Source of the DNA: Octopus vulgaris
Lineage: Eukaryota
Length of the DNA stretch: 64,000 bases
NCBI GenBank assembly: GCA_951406725.2
Contig: OX597822.1
Location: 124,001-188,000 of the forward strand
Direction of reading: 5' to 3'
A program made the position numbers and the translations under genes. The notes beneath the pieces are model-generated. The model saw nothing but the letters and a program-made list of their open reading frames with translations, had not been told where the DNA came from and searched no databases. Positions 25,471-39,524 of the stretch are shown here, in pieces (positions within the stretch are counted from its first letter, which is position 1; each line of letters begins with the position of its first letter).

Positions 25471-28037
25471 TCATGGGGTCAATACCGCAGTACAGCACCT
25501 TGGGCAAGTGTCTTCCATAGCCTCAGGCTGACCAAAGCCTCATGAGTAGATCTGGTAGACAGAAATTGAAAGAAGCCTTTCTTGTAGATGTATGTATGTG
25601 TGTGTGCAACCATCATGAGATCATATAATGTTTGTAAGCAAGCATCAGTGTCCACCATACAATCCATGTTGTTTGATTTGTGTCTTCCATGGGAAAATAT
25701 TCCTTGCCTGGAAGCAGTAGGGGCATCCAGCTGTAGAAAATCTGCCTGACCTATGCAAGCTTGGAAAAGTGAACATTAAATGCTGCTGGTAATTATTCAG
25801 TTCTTCAATTAATTGTATTACCTGTTCCCCGAAAATAACAAGTAAGTGGCTGAATATTCCACAGAAAAACCTTAAAGTAGTTTTCAGATAGAATCAGCAT
25901 GGCCACAGTGTGTGAATTACAGATTTAAGGTTATTGCAGATGACATTTTCCCCAAGATGCCAAGCAAAAGGACAGAACTCGAGACTTTGTGGTTGTGAAG
26001 TGAACTTCTTAACCATGCAGCCATCATAAACCTATATATGCACACATGTGCCTTTTTTCAAACCCCTTTCATTTTTCTAATGTTCCTATCAGTCAACCCT
26101 CTGTCACCCACCACCTTATCACTTTCTCTAACATTCACGTTTGCACCATTCATGTGTCTTATGTCTCATATATCTCTATCAACTGTGCCGCTGTCATTCT
26201 CTTTTTTCACTCAGTGTTTACACTACTGGCACTCCATTCGGTCACGATGACTAGGGTACCAGTTGATCCAATCAATGGAACAGCCTGCTTATGAAATTAA
26301 CACGCAAGTGGTTGAGTACTCCACAGCTATGCATACCTTTAATGTAGTTCTCAAGGAGACTCAGTGTGATACAGAGTGTGACAAGGCTGGAACCTTTGAA
26401 ATACTACTCATTTTTAGCAGCTGAGTGGACTGGAGCAACACGAAATAAAGTGTATTGCTCAAGGAAACAATGCATTACCAGGAACTGAACTCACCTTTCA
26501 GCCATGAGCCAAATACCTTAACCACTAAGTCACACACCTTCACTCAGTGTACCATGCTGCTAAAATACCTGAGGATGGCAGTGGATCCCTCCTCTTCACT
26601 GTACCATGCTTCCAGTGTAAAAAGGGAATGCCACAGACCTTCTTGTCTCTCCAACATACAACCACATCCATTCTCATCCTAATCACTTTGGCTCTCTTGC
26701 CAAGAAGGCATCTATATAAAGGGTCACATGAGATTTCCACAAACCCCATACACTCTAACTTTTACCCCATCTACACTCCCCCCTTATAGCCACTTGTTAG
26801 TGACACACTCTTGCTTTCCCCCTCCTACCCATTCTGCTTGTGTAATCCTCTTCTAAACACCAGGGACAGCAAAGCATATTTTCATTAATTTCACCACTGG
26901 AATTTTAAGTTTGGTTGTTTAACTGGTTAAGATATTTTACCAATTATATTTCTGAGGAGAAATGTCTTGTGACCCTGACTCCATTTGTTTATAATCACAT
27001 CACAAAGACATGAGATAAAGTATTGAAGGCCGATCTCAAAACACTGAACCATATGAAGGAGATGTCAGAGGATCGAGATATGTGGTGCAATGCTGTACTT
27101 GAGAAGACCCACCACAACAGAATTGAGATCCTAAAGCCAAGGTGCCATGTAAAAGGCATTGGTGTGGATGCTGGTGCCATGTGAAAAGCACCCAGTAAAT
27201 TCTGGGGAATAATTGGCATTAGGAAGGGCATCCAACCATAGAAACCAAGCCAAAACAGACTATGGAACCTGGTGCAACCCTGGCCTTACCAGTTCCTGAC
27301 AAACGGTCTAACCCATGCCAGCATGGAAAGCAGGTGCTAAATGATGATGATGATGATGATGATGATGATAATAACATCAATAATTGCACCTTCATGCTTT
27401 TTGTTTTGTTTTGTTTTGTATTATTATTATTTTCCTGGTTCTCAAGACCCATCATCATCATCATCCTTACCATTATTTAACATCCATTTTCAATGCTGGC
27501 ATGGGTTGGAACCCATGCCAGTATCTGACAAACTGCAGGTCTGCATCAAGCTCTCCTGCCAGCTTTAGCATGGTTTCTATGACTGGATGCCTTTCCTAAC
27601 ATCAACAATATTACAGCATGTACTAGATGCTTTTTAAATGCAACCAGCAAGTAAAAACAATGCCCATCACCATCAAAGGTCCTCCTAAGCCAGTGAGATT
27701 TATACCATTAATGTTCCTCTTGAACGTCTCTAAGTCAACATCTGTGGTAAAGATAAGAGCAGGGAGGACTTTCAGAGGATGAATCAACACAACAAGCGAA
27801 ACTAATGAACCATTTCTCTTGCTTTCATGTGCAGGTATACAGCAGTGAATTTTACTCCAACATGCTATTCATTTGCAACTAAGTAGACTGAGTTGGGTCA
27901 TTCAAAGTTAACAATATTTGCTGCTGCAGACCAAATTAATAGAGGTGGGTAGCTGTGAACTTATAACCCCATCAAACAACAGATTGCTACACAAACAAAC
28001 TGTCTGTCTCCTCAGATGTAAAAGCAATTATATAACA

Positions 28038-28814
28038 CTAGCACTATTGCCCGGCTCGTGCGAATTAAGCTAAACTTGAATGAAGTTCAATCAAAATTCA
28101 ATTATTTTGGTTTTAAAATCAAGCATTTAATGCCCTCTATTTTTGCGCTTATGTGTTCCATTTCCTCAATAGGAAGTACATAGAAGTGTTTCATAAATTT
28201 TTGTTGATCAAATAATTGCATTGTTGAATTACTCTTTTAGATCAGTATTTCTCAACGGGGATTTCAGGGAGTCGCTGGCGATGTATCGTGATGATCAAAA
28301 ATCCGGCCTGCTAAAATTTGGTTAAAGTGATTCAAACTGCAGACTCAACGCAAAATGGTCACATTTAATTCAAAGCGTTAAAAATGTTATGAAAACAATT
28401 GGTATGTGTTCACAAAGTCCAAACGATTAATACGAAGAAACCCTCCAGGCTACATCCCAAAAATTCATTTCTTTGCCGAATTTCTACAATGTTTACAGCG
28501 ATTCATTCTTATATCTTGATTTTTTTTATTTTTCATGCAATTTACGCATACTTGCACACGTGGTGAACACAGTTCACGTCAAACAGCTGACTGAGTAAAG
28601 TTCACTATTCAATGCATGGGATAAGGCCTAAACAAACACATTATCGATTTTTGCACTTGCGAGATGAATTTCGGAACAGAAATAGCGCAGTTCAATTTTC
28701 ATTCGCCTAAACTTTAAGTGACCCATTTTTGGTGGTTCTACGATTTGTTGGCTAGGAGATGTGCTGGGAAGTTAAACACACAGACACACACAAGTTGAGT
28801 TTTATATATATAGA
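28038..28814 (-). mobile_element. Non-autonomous Helitron, 777 bp
   Basis: Minus strand reads A|TCTATATATATAAAACTC ... GCACGAGCCGGGCAATAGTGCTAG|T: TC start, CTAG end, AT target, no TSD. Confidence 0.88.
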
Positions 28815-29099
28815 TTTTGATAGGTAAAACAAAACAAAAAAGAGATGTAATACATCACAAAAACTAAGGGGATTGTGTGTTATTGAAATAGTGAAACTAC
28901 ATGCAAACATAACAAACGACAACAAGATGACAAATCAAAAGCAGACAAGAAGTCAGCAACAGATGGTTAGATACGAACACAGTTAACTTCTTAAATAAAA
29001 AATGAGACAAAGAATCTGAAAGGAGTAATAGGAGATAGGAAGAGTAATAGAGGCTGCTAGGAATGATAGGGGTTATTAGGAGTGATAGGGGATGGGGGA

Positions 29100-29560
29100 A
29101 GTTGGAGACCTTTAGTCAGATAAGGGCAATATATTATAAGATTGTGGAATGAATTTGAATGTTAGATATATCTAGAACATGCAATAAACCGCCATGAGAT
29201 GGGAATGGAACTATCTAGAACTTTAAAGTGTTGAGCAAATATGAAAAGATATTAATGGGTAAGGGAAAGAGAGGGTGAGGCAAGTTAAAAACCTTCATTT
29301 TATATAGATACATCCCCAATAACAGGCTGCTGGTATTAAACAGTAATTAAATAGTATTAAACACTTATCGTATGCAAATTAGTCATTCCAGTTCTCAGTA
29401 GCTACTGGATCTGTTGAACATATAAATGGATTGGCTGCTTATTTCTCTGGGATTGATCAAATAACATGTACTTCTGATGAGAACCCAAAAATATTCGAAA
29501 GTCTGTTAAAGCTGTTCGTCATTTTTGCAACGTACAGAGAAACAGCTAAATTTGCCATGA
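29100..29560 (+). mobile_element. Possible Penelope-like relic (decayed GIY-YIG region plus hammerhead-like core)
   Basis: Broken translation resembling GNILYKI...VR..EH...HEM.W..FKVL, and CTGATGA-GAA..TTC-GAAA at 29474-29500. Confidence 0.4.
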
Positions 29561-30922
29561 TAGTATTCCTACCACAGGTTTATATATGACAGACTCTCCC
29601 GTCAAAGTTGACATGAGTGTTTAACTTTTGCCAAACACCCTGCACAAATGATCTGTTTATGGTGATCAAATATATGTGCCATACATTAGCTCATCCCCTC
29701 CATCAAATTGACATTGTTTGAACAGGTGCACAGTGTAACACACGTCAAGTGTCAAAGTGATTGCAGAGCAATGTGAGATGAAGTGTTTTGCTCAAGCACA
29801 CAATGCACCACCTGGCCTAGGAATTGAAATTACAATCTCATGATTGTGAGTGCAACACACTAACCACTGGGCCATGCGTCCTCACAAGCTTACACTCACA
29901 CAAGTGTAAACATGGCTGTATAGATACAGAGTGCAGTTCATAACCAAGTGGTCTCAAGTTTTTACACTGCATTGGGCAAATATCTTCTGTCTTATGGCTG
30001 TATAGTGTATTTACCCTTTCAATTTATTCATCTCTTACTCTCTTATTTCTATCTATTCTTCTTCTTTTCCTTCCACACTTCTCTGTTCTCCCTCTGATCA
30101 CTAAGATTTTCTTTGAAGCTAATGCAGACACGAATATCTCAGCTGATTTATAACAATTCTGTACTATCAAAGGACTCCCTTCGGTCACGAATGACCATGG
30201 GATTGCACCTAGAAAGTTTCCCACCAAGGCACAACTCCAGGCAAGGTTGCTTTATGGAAGACCAACAGTTGCCTATACATACCAGCCTCCCTGCTCCATG
30301 CCACTGATTTTATCCAAAGGAAAGGCAAAGGCCAACACAGCTTGGCACCAGTGATGTTGCAACTCATTTCTACAGCTGAGTGAACTGATGCAGCATGAAA
30401 TAAAGTGTCTTGCTCAAGAACACAACATATAGCCCAGTTCAGGAATTGAACTCACTACCTCGTGATTGTGAGCTCAATGCTTTAACCACTGAGCCATGCA
30501 CCTTCACACTATGATAGTTTTAATGTTTTATCTTCTTGACCAGACAACTATCTGAATATACAGACTAATTAATGAATCCAACTTTTGAAGTGATCTTGTC
30601 AAGTGATACGCTCAAACTGTCATCTTTACCATTTCTTTTTATTTGCACTTCTGATGGAAAACCCATCCTCCCTGTAAAAATACAAACACTTCCCACCAAA
30701 TCATCTGTATCTCACCCAAGTTACTCTTGTGTTTGTTCATGACAGTCATAATGAAATAGGTTTTCTGTATACAATTAATGTCACATAATCGTTGCTCATA
30801 TTCATATTTTCCCAAAATGCCAGATGTTATTGAAACAGCTGTAACCAAAGAATAAATGCAATGCTAGCACCCCCATCCTTCATTTTATATGTCTGTGTGT
30901 GTTTATAAATATATATATATGT

Positions 30923-31219
30923 GGAGGCGCAATGGCCCAGTGGTTAGGGCAGCGGACTCGCGGTTGTAGGATCGCGGTTTCGATTCCCAGACTGGGCGTT
31001 GTGAGTGTTTATTGAGCGAAAACACCTAAAGCTTCACGATGCTCTGGCAGGGGGTGGTAGTGATCCCTGATGTACTCTTTCGCCACAACTTCCTCTCACT
31101 CTTTCTTCTGTTGGCCTGCCCACTTAGCCAGTGGGGTGGCATCATTTGAAGGTTAAAACAATGCGAAGCGTATTGTGACCAGCGATGTGTAGCAACATCT
31201 GATAGCCAGGTCGGTCACA

Positions 31220-31222
<3 letters not shown>
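30923..31222 (+). mobile_element. tRNA-derived SINE with well-preserved Pol III boxes, within (TA)n
   Basis: A-box TGGCCCAGTGG and B-box-like GGTTTCGATTCC, followed by ~220 bp of non-tRNA body. Confidence 0.85.
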
Positions 31223-31253
<31 letters not shown>

Positions 31254-31631
31254 TATATATATGTATGTATACACACCATTATATCTTAATTTTTCAAGCT
31301 GATCACATGGAGGAATGGGTTATCGTCTCCATTTTGGATGAAAAAAAAAATATATATATATACACACACACACACTGAAGTTGAGTTTCTTTTCATGGTT
31401 ACTTAGAGTTTTGTATATAGCACTTGTCACATAAGTTGCCTGATTGTAGGTGATTTGTATGAAACGAAGAAACATGAAAAGAAAGTCACTTTAAAAAAAA
31501 ACAAATCTCCTTTATTTCGTGTATTGAGTACTTTTTTTTATCGTTTGTAAATTGGAATGTAAATATACATACAAATACACACACATCTGTTACTTGTTTC
31601 AGTCATTAGACTGTGGCCATGCTGGAGCACC

Positions 31632-31663
<32 letters not shown>

Positions 31664-32741
31664 AGTGTATGTGTAAGGCAGTGGGATGGAAGACAAAGTT
31701 AGGGCACATGATTGATTGAATGTTTCCCTTTAAGTCATAACATAAAGGTTATCTATTGTGTACTTTTAGTGTGATTGGTTATTGATACTGTGAAGAAGGG
31801 GCTTAGTTTGTTAATAGTTCAGGGTGTCAACTGAGAGGTTAGTTCTGTGCTTAGAAGGAAAAAGTAACTTTTTTGAGCAGCTCAGTTGCTGGGCTGTGGG
31901 TTTTGCATCTTACCATGGGCCGCTTGTTGGATGGGTCCTCAATTTTCTTATTGTTATTCATATTCGGAGTTTACTGTTTGGGATACAGTGGAGAAAAAAA
32001 AATGAAAAAAAAAAAAAGAAACAAAAACAAAAAGAAATATACTTCACAAATAATGAACAAAGAAAGAAGTTTTAAGGAGAGAACCTTGTGGAGCATAAGT
32101 TCTTGAGAACTAAAAAATGTAAAGAGGTTATTAAAGCAAGAATTCTGGTTTTTTCAGTATTAATTCTGTGGAGTATATTTCCATTGCTTTTGGCCTCTTG
32201 AGCCATTATAATAAAGACTAAATGTAATGTTATCACAATGTCTATTCCATGTACAATTTCAATAGTTATCACAATGTCTTGGGCCCTTGCAGTCAATAAT
32301 AGAAATCATTATTTTTATTATCAGTAGACTGGCAAAATTATTAAGGCATCAGACAAAATGCTTCACAGTACTTGTTCCAACTGACTGATGTTGCCAAAGA
32401 CTATCTTAAATATCTGAAGGAAATATATGCAGGTGGAAAAGAGTACTGGGAAGTCCAGCACAAATGCTTGTAACAGAATAGTCAGCAAAGGTCACAGGCA
32501 CAGCATCCTTCTTCCCTCACTAACAGATTTTTAATAAAATGTTCTAAAATGTTTGTCAGATGTTTTGCTTTCATTACAAATTAACATGCATTTGTAATCA
32601 GGTGTAGTTAATCTGGCATTACCACTACAGAAGTTAACTACTTGAAACTTCCCAGTCTGTATTGATACAAGACACTGCTAAAAACCAACCCAGAGAGGTG
32701 TTTATAGTAAGTAACCCATCTTAGTTATCATCATCATTTAA

Positions 32742-32945
32742 CCCTTTAGCATTTAAACCAGCCAAAATAATCTCTTATCTTCAAACTAGCCAAATCTAGA
32801 CTCTCACACTTACCTTAAAAAATTATTCTAAAAATAAGTAATCGTGCCATTGAAATCTCAAAGCCACAAGACAATGCATGACTAATTCATATCAATTTGA
32901 ATAAATAAGCATTACACTTGACAGACAAATCTGAATGCTAAAGCG
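32742..32945. mobile_element. piggyBac-type MITE (family B)
   Basis: TTAA|CCCTTTAGCATT ... AATGCTAAAGCG|TTAA, inserted in the TTAA of an RTE tail; related relic at ~21910-22112. Confidence 0.8.
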
Positions 32946-34830
32946 TTAATATCCATTCTCCATGCTGGCATGAGCTGGATGATTTGACAAGAGCTGGCAA
33001 GGCCAGGGACCACATCAGGTCCCATAGTCTATTTTGACTTGGTTTCTACGGCTGGATGCCCTTCCAAACATCAAACACTTCACAGAGAGTACTGGGAGCT
33101 TTTTTACATGGTACTAGCACAAATTCAGGTCATGCCAATATTGGAAGCAGCTCCTGTATCCAGAACTAAAAAAAATTTTTAAAACAGTGGCTGATGGTGC
33201 TAATAATAATAATGCTGATTTCTAGAAAGGTACATCACAAAGGCTTGCAAAATATGTGTCTTTCAGTTGCATATTGTGCCAAAACTGGAATAAAAATTTT
33301 TTCTTTTTTTTTGGTTGAAAAATATTTCTCTAAAGTAGAAGACACAGCCAAGACATTTCCAGACATTAACTAAATTCCAGTTAATGAATAAGATAAGGGA
33401 AATTCAGTAATTACTCTGTATTTAGTCTTTAGTTCACTGTGACACTTTGATGAGGGGAAAAGCAAGGATACACAAAACAATATGCACTACAGGGGTTAAA
33501 ACAAAACTACATTTATATACATACATATATATTTTTATCAATTATCGGCAGAAGTAACAGAGTGACTCAAGGGCCGAGAGATTTGTGCTTGGCACTTATC
33601 AAACTGGTTTCAAATCAAAGGTGTCTGTATTTTTATATTGGTGATAATGGGTTTTCCTTGGATTGTTCTAGAACAAATTATAAAATCAATTACAATGTCA
33701 CAATGGATAATGTATATTTTCCAAATGGTTTGCTCATTAAGCCTTTCAATAATTAAATAAACAAATAGGGAAAATTTTAAGATATGTATACAAATATATG
33801 CATGCATTAATGAGAATGCCAGTATGTGTGAGTGCATGAACATGCATGCTGGAATATGAGTACATGCATGTGCACATATGCATATTCAAGTACATGCATA
33901 CATATTCACCAGTACTCATTTATCTGTATGTATATATGCAATCATCATCATTATCATTTAATGTCTGTTGTCCATGCTGACATGGGTTGGACAGTGTAAT
34001 CAGAGGCGGCAAGCTGGGAAGATGCACCATTGGCATGGTCTCAACAGCTCGATGCCCTTCCTAACACCAACCACTTTACAGAGTGTGCTGGGTCCATTTA
34101 CATGGCACCGCATGGGTGCTTCTTACATGGCACCACATGGGCGCTTTTTCATGGCACCACATGGGCGCTTTTATGTGGAACTGCCATGGGTGCTTTGCAC
34201 CTCCAGAATGATCGGTCTTAACACTTCTGCTAAGGAGTACAGGTCTTCTTGAGTATGGCCAGGAGCCAGATATCTTGGTCCTTTGACATCCTGCCCGAAA
34301 GGTTCAGCTTCCTGAGGTCATTCTTCAGTACTTCATCTGCATACATATCTTTAAATATCCCTTCTTTATTCATTTACATATTCACTGAAGAGCATAATGA
34401 GCAAATCATTTGAAAAATATGCATTATGCACATGACACTAATTATTTTTATAATTTGTTCCTGAAAAATTCAGAGAAATACTATTATCATCGGTATATAA
34501 ATTTACGAACCCTTGATTTAAAGCCAGTTTGTTAAGTTCCAATGCATGGAACTCAGCTTGAGTCACACTGTAACAGCCAATTATAAATTTTTAAAAACTG
34601 AATGTTTGGATATATATAAATCAAATCATCTCTACAGGCTTTAGAATCATGAAGAAAAACCAAAATGACTGAGCACAACCAACAACGTAATAAAAGAAAA
34701 TCAGATTCTAGGACTTATTTCCTATGTAAAAGACAGTCCAATTATTCACCACTACTCTTACATTAGAATCAATGAGTTAAAAACATTAAGTACATTATAA
34801 TAATTTTATTTGCAGCTGTCATGGTTTTAA

Positions 34831-35410
34831 CCCTTTCGTTACCAACCCAGCTGAAACTGCCTGTGGCTCTGTAGTACAAATGTCTTGTTTTCATGTTTTG
34901 AATTAAAATCTTCCACCAAACCTTAGTCACAATTTACGCTCCTAACACCAGCTTAATGATAACAAAGTTATTTTACTAAATTCTTTGTTTCCATTGCTTT
35001 TAGCCTCTTGAGCCATTATAATAAAGACTAAATGTAATGTTATCACAATGTCTATTCCATGTACAATTTCAATAGTTATCACAATGTCTTGGGCCCTTGC
35101 AGTCAATAATAGAAATCGTTATTTTTATTATCAGTAGACTGGCAAAATTATTAAGGCATCAGACAAAATGCTTCACAGTACTTGTTCCAGCTGACTGATG
35201 TTGCCAAAGACTATCTTAAATATCTGAAGGAAATATATGCAGGTGGAAAAGGGTACTGGGAAGTCCAGCACAAATGCTTGTAACAGAATAGTCAGCAAAG
35301 GTCACAGGCACAGCATCCTTCTCCCCTCACTAACAGATTTTTAATAAAATGTTCTAAAATGTTTAATTGAAAGAAATACAGAACATCTCAGAAATACGGT
35401 AACAAAAGGG
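34831..35410. mobile_element. piggyBac-type MITE (family A) carrying a 377-bp internal insert
   Basis: TTAA|CCCTTTCGTTACC ... GGTAACAAAAGGG|TTAA; insert 34988-35364 duplicates 32178-32554. Confidence 0.9.
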
Positions 35411-36872
35411 TTAAAGAACTTTTATTGCAAAAACCCTACAAAGTTCTTCCAAAACTTGATTCAATTCAATCACATTATTCAGCTGACTGAATTTTTTTTT
35501 TTTTTGTTCTAAACTTTTGATAGAATATTTCTAAAATGCATTTCCCAATCACTGTATCAATACCATCCCTCTATGATTGATAAAATTAAGAACCAGCTAA
35601 GAACTGAGGTCAATTCTATTGACTACTCCCTCCTTCGAACTTCAGATTTTGTACTTATGCTAAAAGCAAGATTATTATTATTATTATTATTATTATGGAA
35701 TATGGACATTAAATGGTGGTTATGAATTTGGTAAAATAACTTAGTCATTATTAATCTGGTACTTGGAACATAAACTTGAAATTTTGATGAATGGTTCTAA
35801 TTTGGATCACATTACAACAGAAAATTTGTATCACAGAACTAGGTCGCAATTTTAGATGGGTTAGCATAATGAGTGGAAACACTCACTGAAAATAAATTGA
35901 AAAGCATTCTTAATCATATTTGCTGATTGTTATCACTTTATTACAATTTTGAGATGTGTCATTTTGTATATAAAAAAAGAAGATAGAAAGAGATGCGCAA
36001 AGTTACTATTAGTTACTGTAGCGAGGTATACAACAGTTTGGTCTAAATTTTAACTACAATAACAAAATATAATCAAAGCCAGACTTACAAACCAAAAGAC
36101 AGGCAACAAAAATAAAAAGTCAGCAAAAAAAACAGGGCAAATAATATATATATATCAAAACAAAAAATTCATTCTGGCAATACATATTTAAGTAAAACCA
36201 ATCTGAATATTTTCTGACACCTCAAGAACATTCCAGGAAGCCTAATTAACCCTGGCTGTGTGGTGGTTAAGAAGTCTGTTTCCAACTGCATGGTTTCAAG
36301 TCCAGCCCCACTGCTGGCACCTAGGGTGAGTGTCTCCTACTTAAAGCCCCAAGACAACCAAAGCTTTGTAAGTGATTTCAGGAGACAGAAACTGAAATAA
36401 AACCTGTTTTATATGTATACATATATATATATATATGGTCAATAATATACAAGCATCATTTAACATTCATTTTCCATGCTGGCATGGTTTGGACAGTTTT
36501 ACAGGGGCTGGCCAGTTGAAGAGCTGCCCAGGCTTCTTATTTGTTTTGGCATGGTTTCTAGAACTGGATGCCCTTCCTAATGCCAAATAATATATATGTA
36601 TATATAGAAATATATCATCATCATCATCGTTTAATGTCCACCTTCTATGATGGCATGGGTTGGGTAGTTTGACAGGAGCTGGCCTAGTAGGAGCCTGCAC
36701 CAGACTTCTTTGGAAGGGATTTTGGGATTTTACAGCTTGATGCCTTTCCTAACACCAACCACCCAGCATAGTGAACTGAGTACTTTTTACATAGCACAAG
36801 CATGGAGGAGGTCAGTGTTGCCAAGGTCTTTACAACCACTTTACAGTATGGAGTGAATGCTTTTTAACGTGG

Positions 36873-36902
<30 letters not shown>

Positions 36903-36905
<3 letters not shown>

Positions 36906-37039
36906 TATCAACCATACATCCTCAATGTGTGTGCTTTGCTAGTTCACCAGTAGGCTGAGGGAGTCACCCCCACTGCACTAAACTGCAGCCTACCGGTGAA
37001 CTAGGAAAGCACATACATTGACTATGTGTGTTCAATAAT
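36903..37039. repeat. Fold-back inverted repeat, ~55-bp arms
   Basis: TCAATGTGTGTGCTTTGCTAGTTCACCAGTAGGCTG pairs with CAGCCTACCGGTGAACTAGGAAAGCACATACATTGA. Confidence 0.85.
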
Positions 37040-37855
37040 GTTTTGTGTGTAAATATATGTATGACCATTGCTGGTGTCATTTAATGACACTCATGAAATT
37101 GTAATCATGGCCTTGCCAGCAAAATGATCTTTGAATGTTGGGCCTCACAGAGGCAAGGAATGAGGTGGTGAAGCATGATCTTTGAATGTTAGGCCTCATA
37201 GACAAGTGACTGAATGTTAGGCTTGATGACAAGCAACTGAGACCATGGCAATATGCTGTGATTGAAAAGACTTATCAAGCCAAGTGAAACCATAGTTGTC
37301 ACCGTTACCAGTGTCATGCAAATGACACCCATGCCAGTGGCACGTAAAAGCATTCATTACACACTTGGTGTGGTTGGCATTAGGAGGGACATCCAGCTGT
37401 AGAAACCATGCTAAATCAGACTGGAACCTGGTGCAGCTCTCTGGCTTTCCAGTTCCAGTCAAACTGTCTAACCCATGCCAGGATGGAAAGCAGACGTTAA
37501 ATGCTGATGATGTGTCTATGTGTGTGTGTGGGTATATCTCTTTGTCTTGATATTGCGTGATAGCACTGTCATTCATTTCCAATATTTTGTGACAATGCTC
37601 GTGCCCGTCATCGAATTTCAAAATCAAATTGAAATTCAATGATGGGCACAAGCACCATACGAGCGTGATTGTTGCCAGCCTCGCCTTACTGGCACTTGTG
37701 CCCCTTGCTAGCAGGGTGCTAAGAGCACCATCTGAGCGTGATCGTTGCCCGAGCAGCTAACTGGCTTCCGTGCCGGTGGCATATTGGAGGCACCATACGA
37801 GCAGGATCGTTACCAGCATCGCCTTATTGGCACCTGTGTCGTTGGCATGCGTAAA

Positions 37856-38487
37856 AAAAAATTCGAGCAAAGTCGTTGCCAGTACCGCCTGACTGGCCCA
37901 TGTGTAAAAATTCGAGCGAGGTCATTGCCAGTATCGCCTGACTGGCCAATGTGTAAAAATTTGAGCGAGGTCGTTGCCAGTACCGCCTGACTGGCTCATG
38001 TGTAAAAATTCGAGCGAGGTCGTTGCCAGTACTGCCTGACTGGCCTATGTGTAAAAATTCGAGCAAGGCCGTTGCCAGTACCGCCTGACTGGCCCATGTG
38101 TAAAAATTCGAGCGAGGTCGTTGCCAGTATCGCCTGACTGGCCCATGTGTAAAAATTCGAGCGAGGTCGTTGCCAGTACCGCCTGACTGGCCCATGTGTA
38201 AAAATTCGAGCGAGGTCGTTGCCAGTACCGCCTGACTGGCCCATGTGTAAAAATTCGAGCGAGGTCGTTGCCAGTACCGCCTGACTGGCCTATGTTTAAA
38301 AATTCGAGCGAGGTCGTTGCCAGTATCGCCTGACTGGTCCATGTGTAAAAATTCGAGCGAGGTCGTTGCCAGTACCGCCTGACTGGCCTATGTTTAAAAA
38401 TTTGAGCGAGGTCGTTGCCAGTATCGCCTGACTGGCCCATGTGTAAAAATTCGAGCGAGGTCGTTGTCAGTACCGCCTGACTGGCCC
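37856..38487. repeat. 49-bp minisatellite (~13 copies) within an RTE-tailed element
   Basis: Unit TAAAAATTCGAGCGAGGTCGTTGCCAGTACCGCCTGACTGGCCCATGTG; continues into the RTE-type tail ending GACGTTAAACGACAATGATGAT at ~38675. Confidence 0.96.
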
Positions 38488-39212
38488 CCGTGCCGGTGGC
38501 ACGTAAAAGCACCCACTACACTCTCGGAGTGGTTGGCGTTAGGAAGGGCATCCAGCTGTAGAAACTCTGCCAGATCAAGACTGAAGCTTGGTGCAGCCAT
38601 CTGGTTCGCCAGCCCACAGTCAAACTGTCCAACCCATGCTAGCATGGAAAGTGGACGTTAAACGACAATGATGATATCTGGCCAATGAAAAGTATCACCT
38701 TGCTTGCAAACATGTAGGGCATTCAGCCATAAAAAATCTGTCTCAATAAACTCTGTCTGACCCATGAAAACATAGAAAAGTGGATGGTAAAGTGAGGAGG
38801 ATGATAATGATGACACACACAAACAGGCTTTGTACAATCTCCATCAACCAAATTTACTCACAAAAGCATGGGTTGGCTCAGAACTATAAGAGAAATCACT
38901 AGCTTAAAGTAATGTGCATGGCTGAATTAGAAACACCTGACTGCAAAGCAAATTTGTTACCCATAAAACCATACAAGCATTTGCATGTGAATGGGTGGGG
39001 GTGAAAGAGAGAGAGAAGAATTTATGAGCAAACAAGAAATATCTATTTAAACTTTATTCACACTATCTTGACATAACGATCTTTTGTGAAAGTGGTTACA
39101 AATAATTCCATATCACATCAGCTAATCAACACCAATTAAAAAAAAAAAAGTTCTCAATATTTTCGCTACAGATATTCCCCTTATAAAAACATGTTTCGAA
39201 ACCAGCACTTAC

Positions 39213-39255
39213 CTGAAAACCACGCTCAAAAAAGTAGCCAGGCTTGTAAGTATCC
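39213..39255 (-). other. Putative 43-nt 5' exon (exon 2) of CDK2AP1
   Basis: Textbook sites on the gene strand: TCTTTTGTTTTTCAG|GGATAC...TTTTCAG|GTAAGT, in non-repetitive sequence. Confidence 0.6.
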
Positions 39256-39493
39256 CTGAAAAACAAAAGATAATAGTAATGATTTCAAATTTTGGCAAAA
39301 GGTCAGCAGCTCCAAGGGAAGGGATAAGTCACTTACATTGATTTCAGTGCTCAACTGGTACTTATTTTATTGACACCAAAAGGACGAAAGGTAAAGCCAA
39401 CCTAAATGGCATTTGAACTCAGAACCATAAAGACAGACGAAACGCTGCTAAGCATTTTGCCCAGAATACGAACATTTCCGCCAGTTCACCACC

Positions 39494-39521
<28 letters not shown>

Positions 39522-39524
<3 letters not shown>

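Noticed and set aside
30923-31000. tRNA gene
   Set aside because: A and B boxes are present, but there is no proper acceptor stem or T-run terminator and it continues into a SINE body.
34988-35364. Differences between the duplicates as a trace of A-to-I edited RNA
   Set aside because: Only about five transitions, in mixed directions, and mostly on the wrong strand for the CDK2AP1 transcript.
37856-38487. CRISPR-like array of hairpin repeats
   Set aside because: Units are contiguous with no unique spacers, there are no cas genes, and the context is a eukaryotic retroelement; the overlapping repetitive ORFs are by-products.
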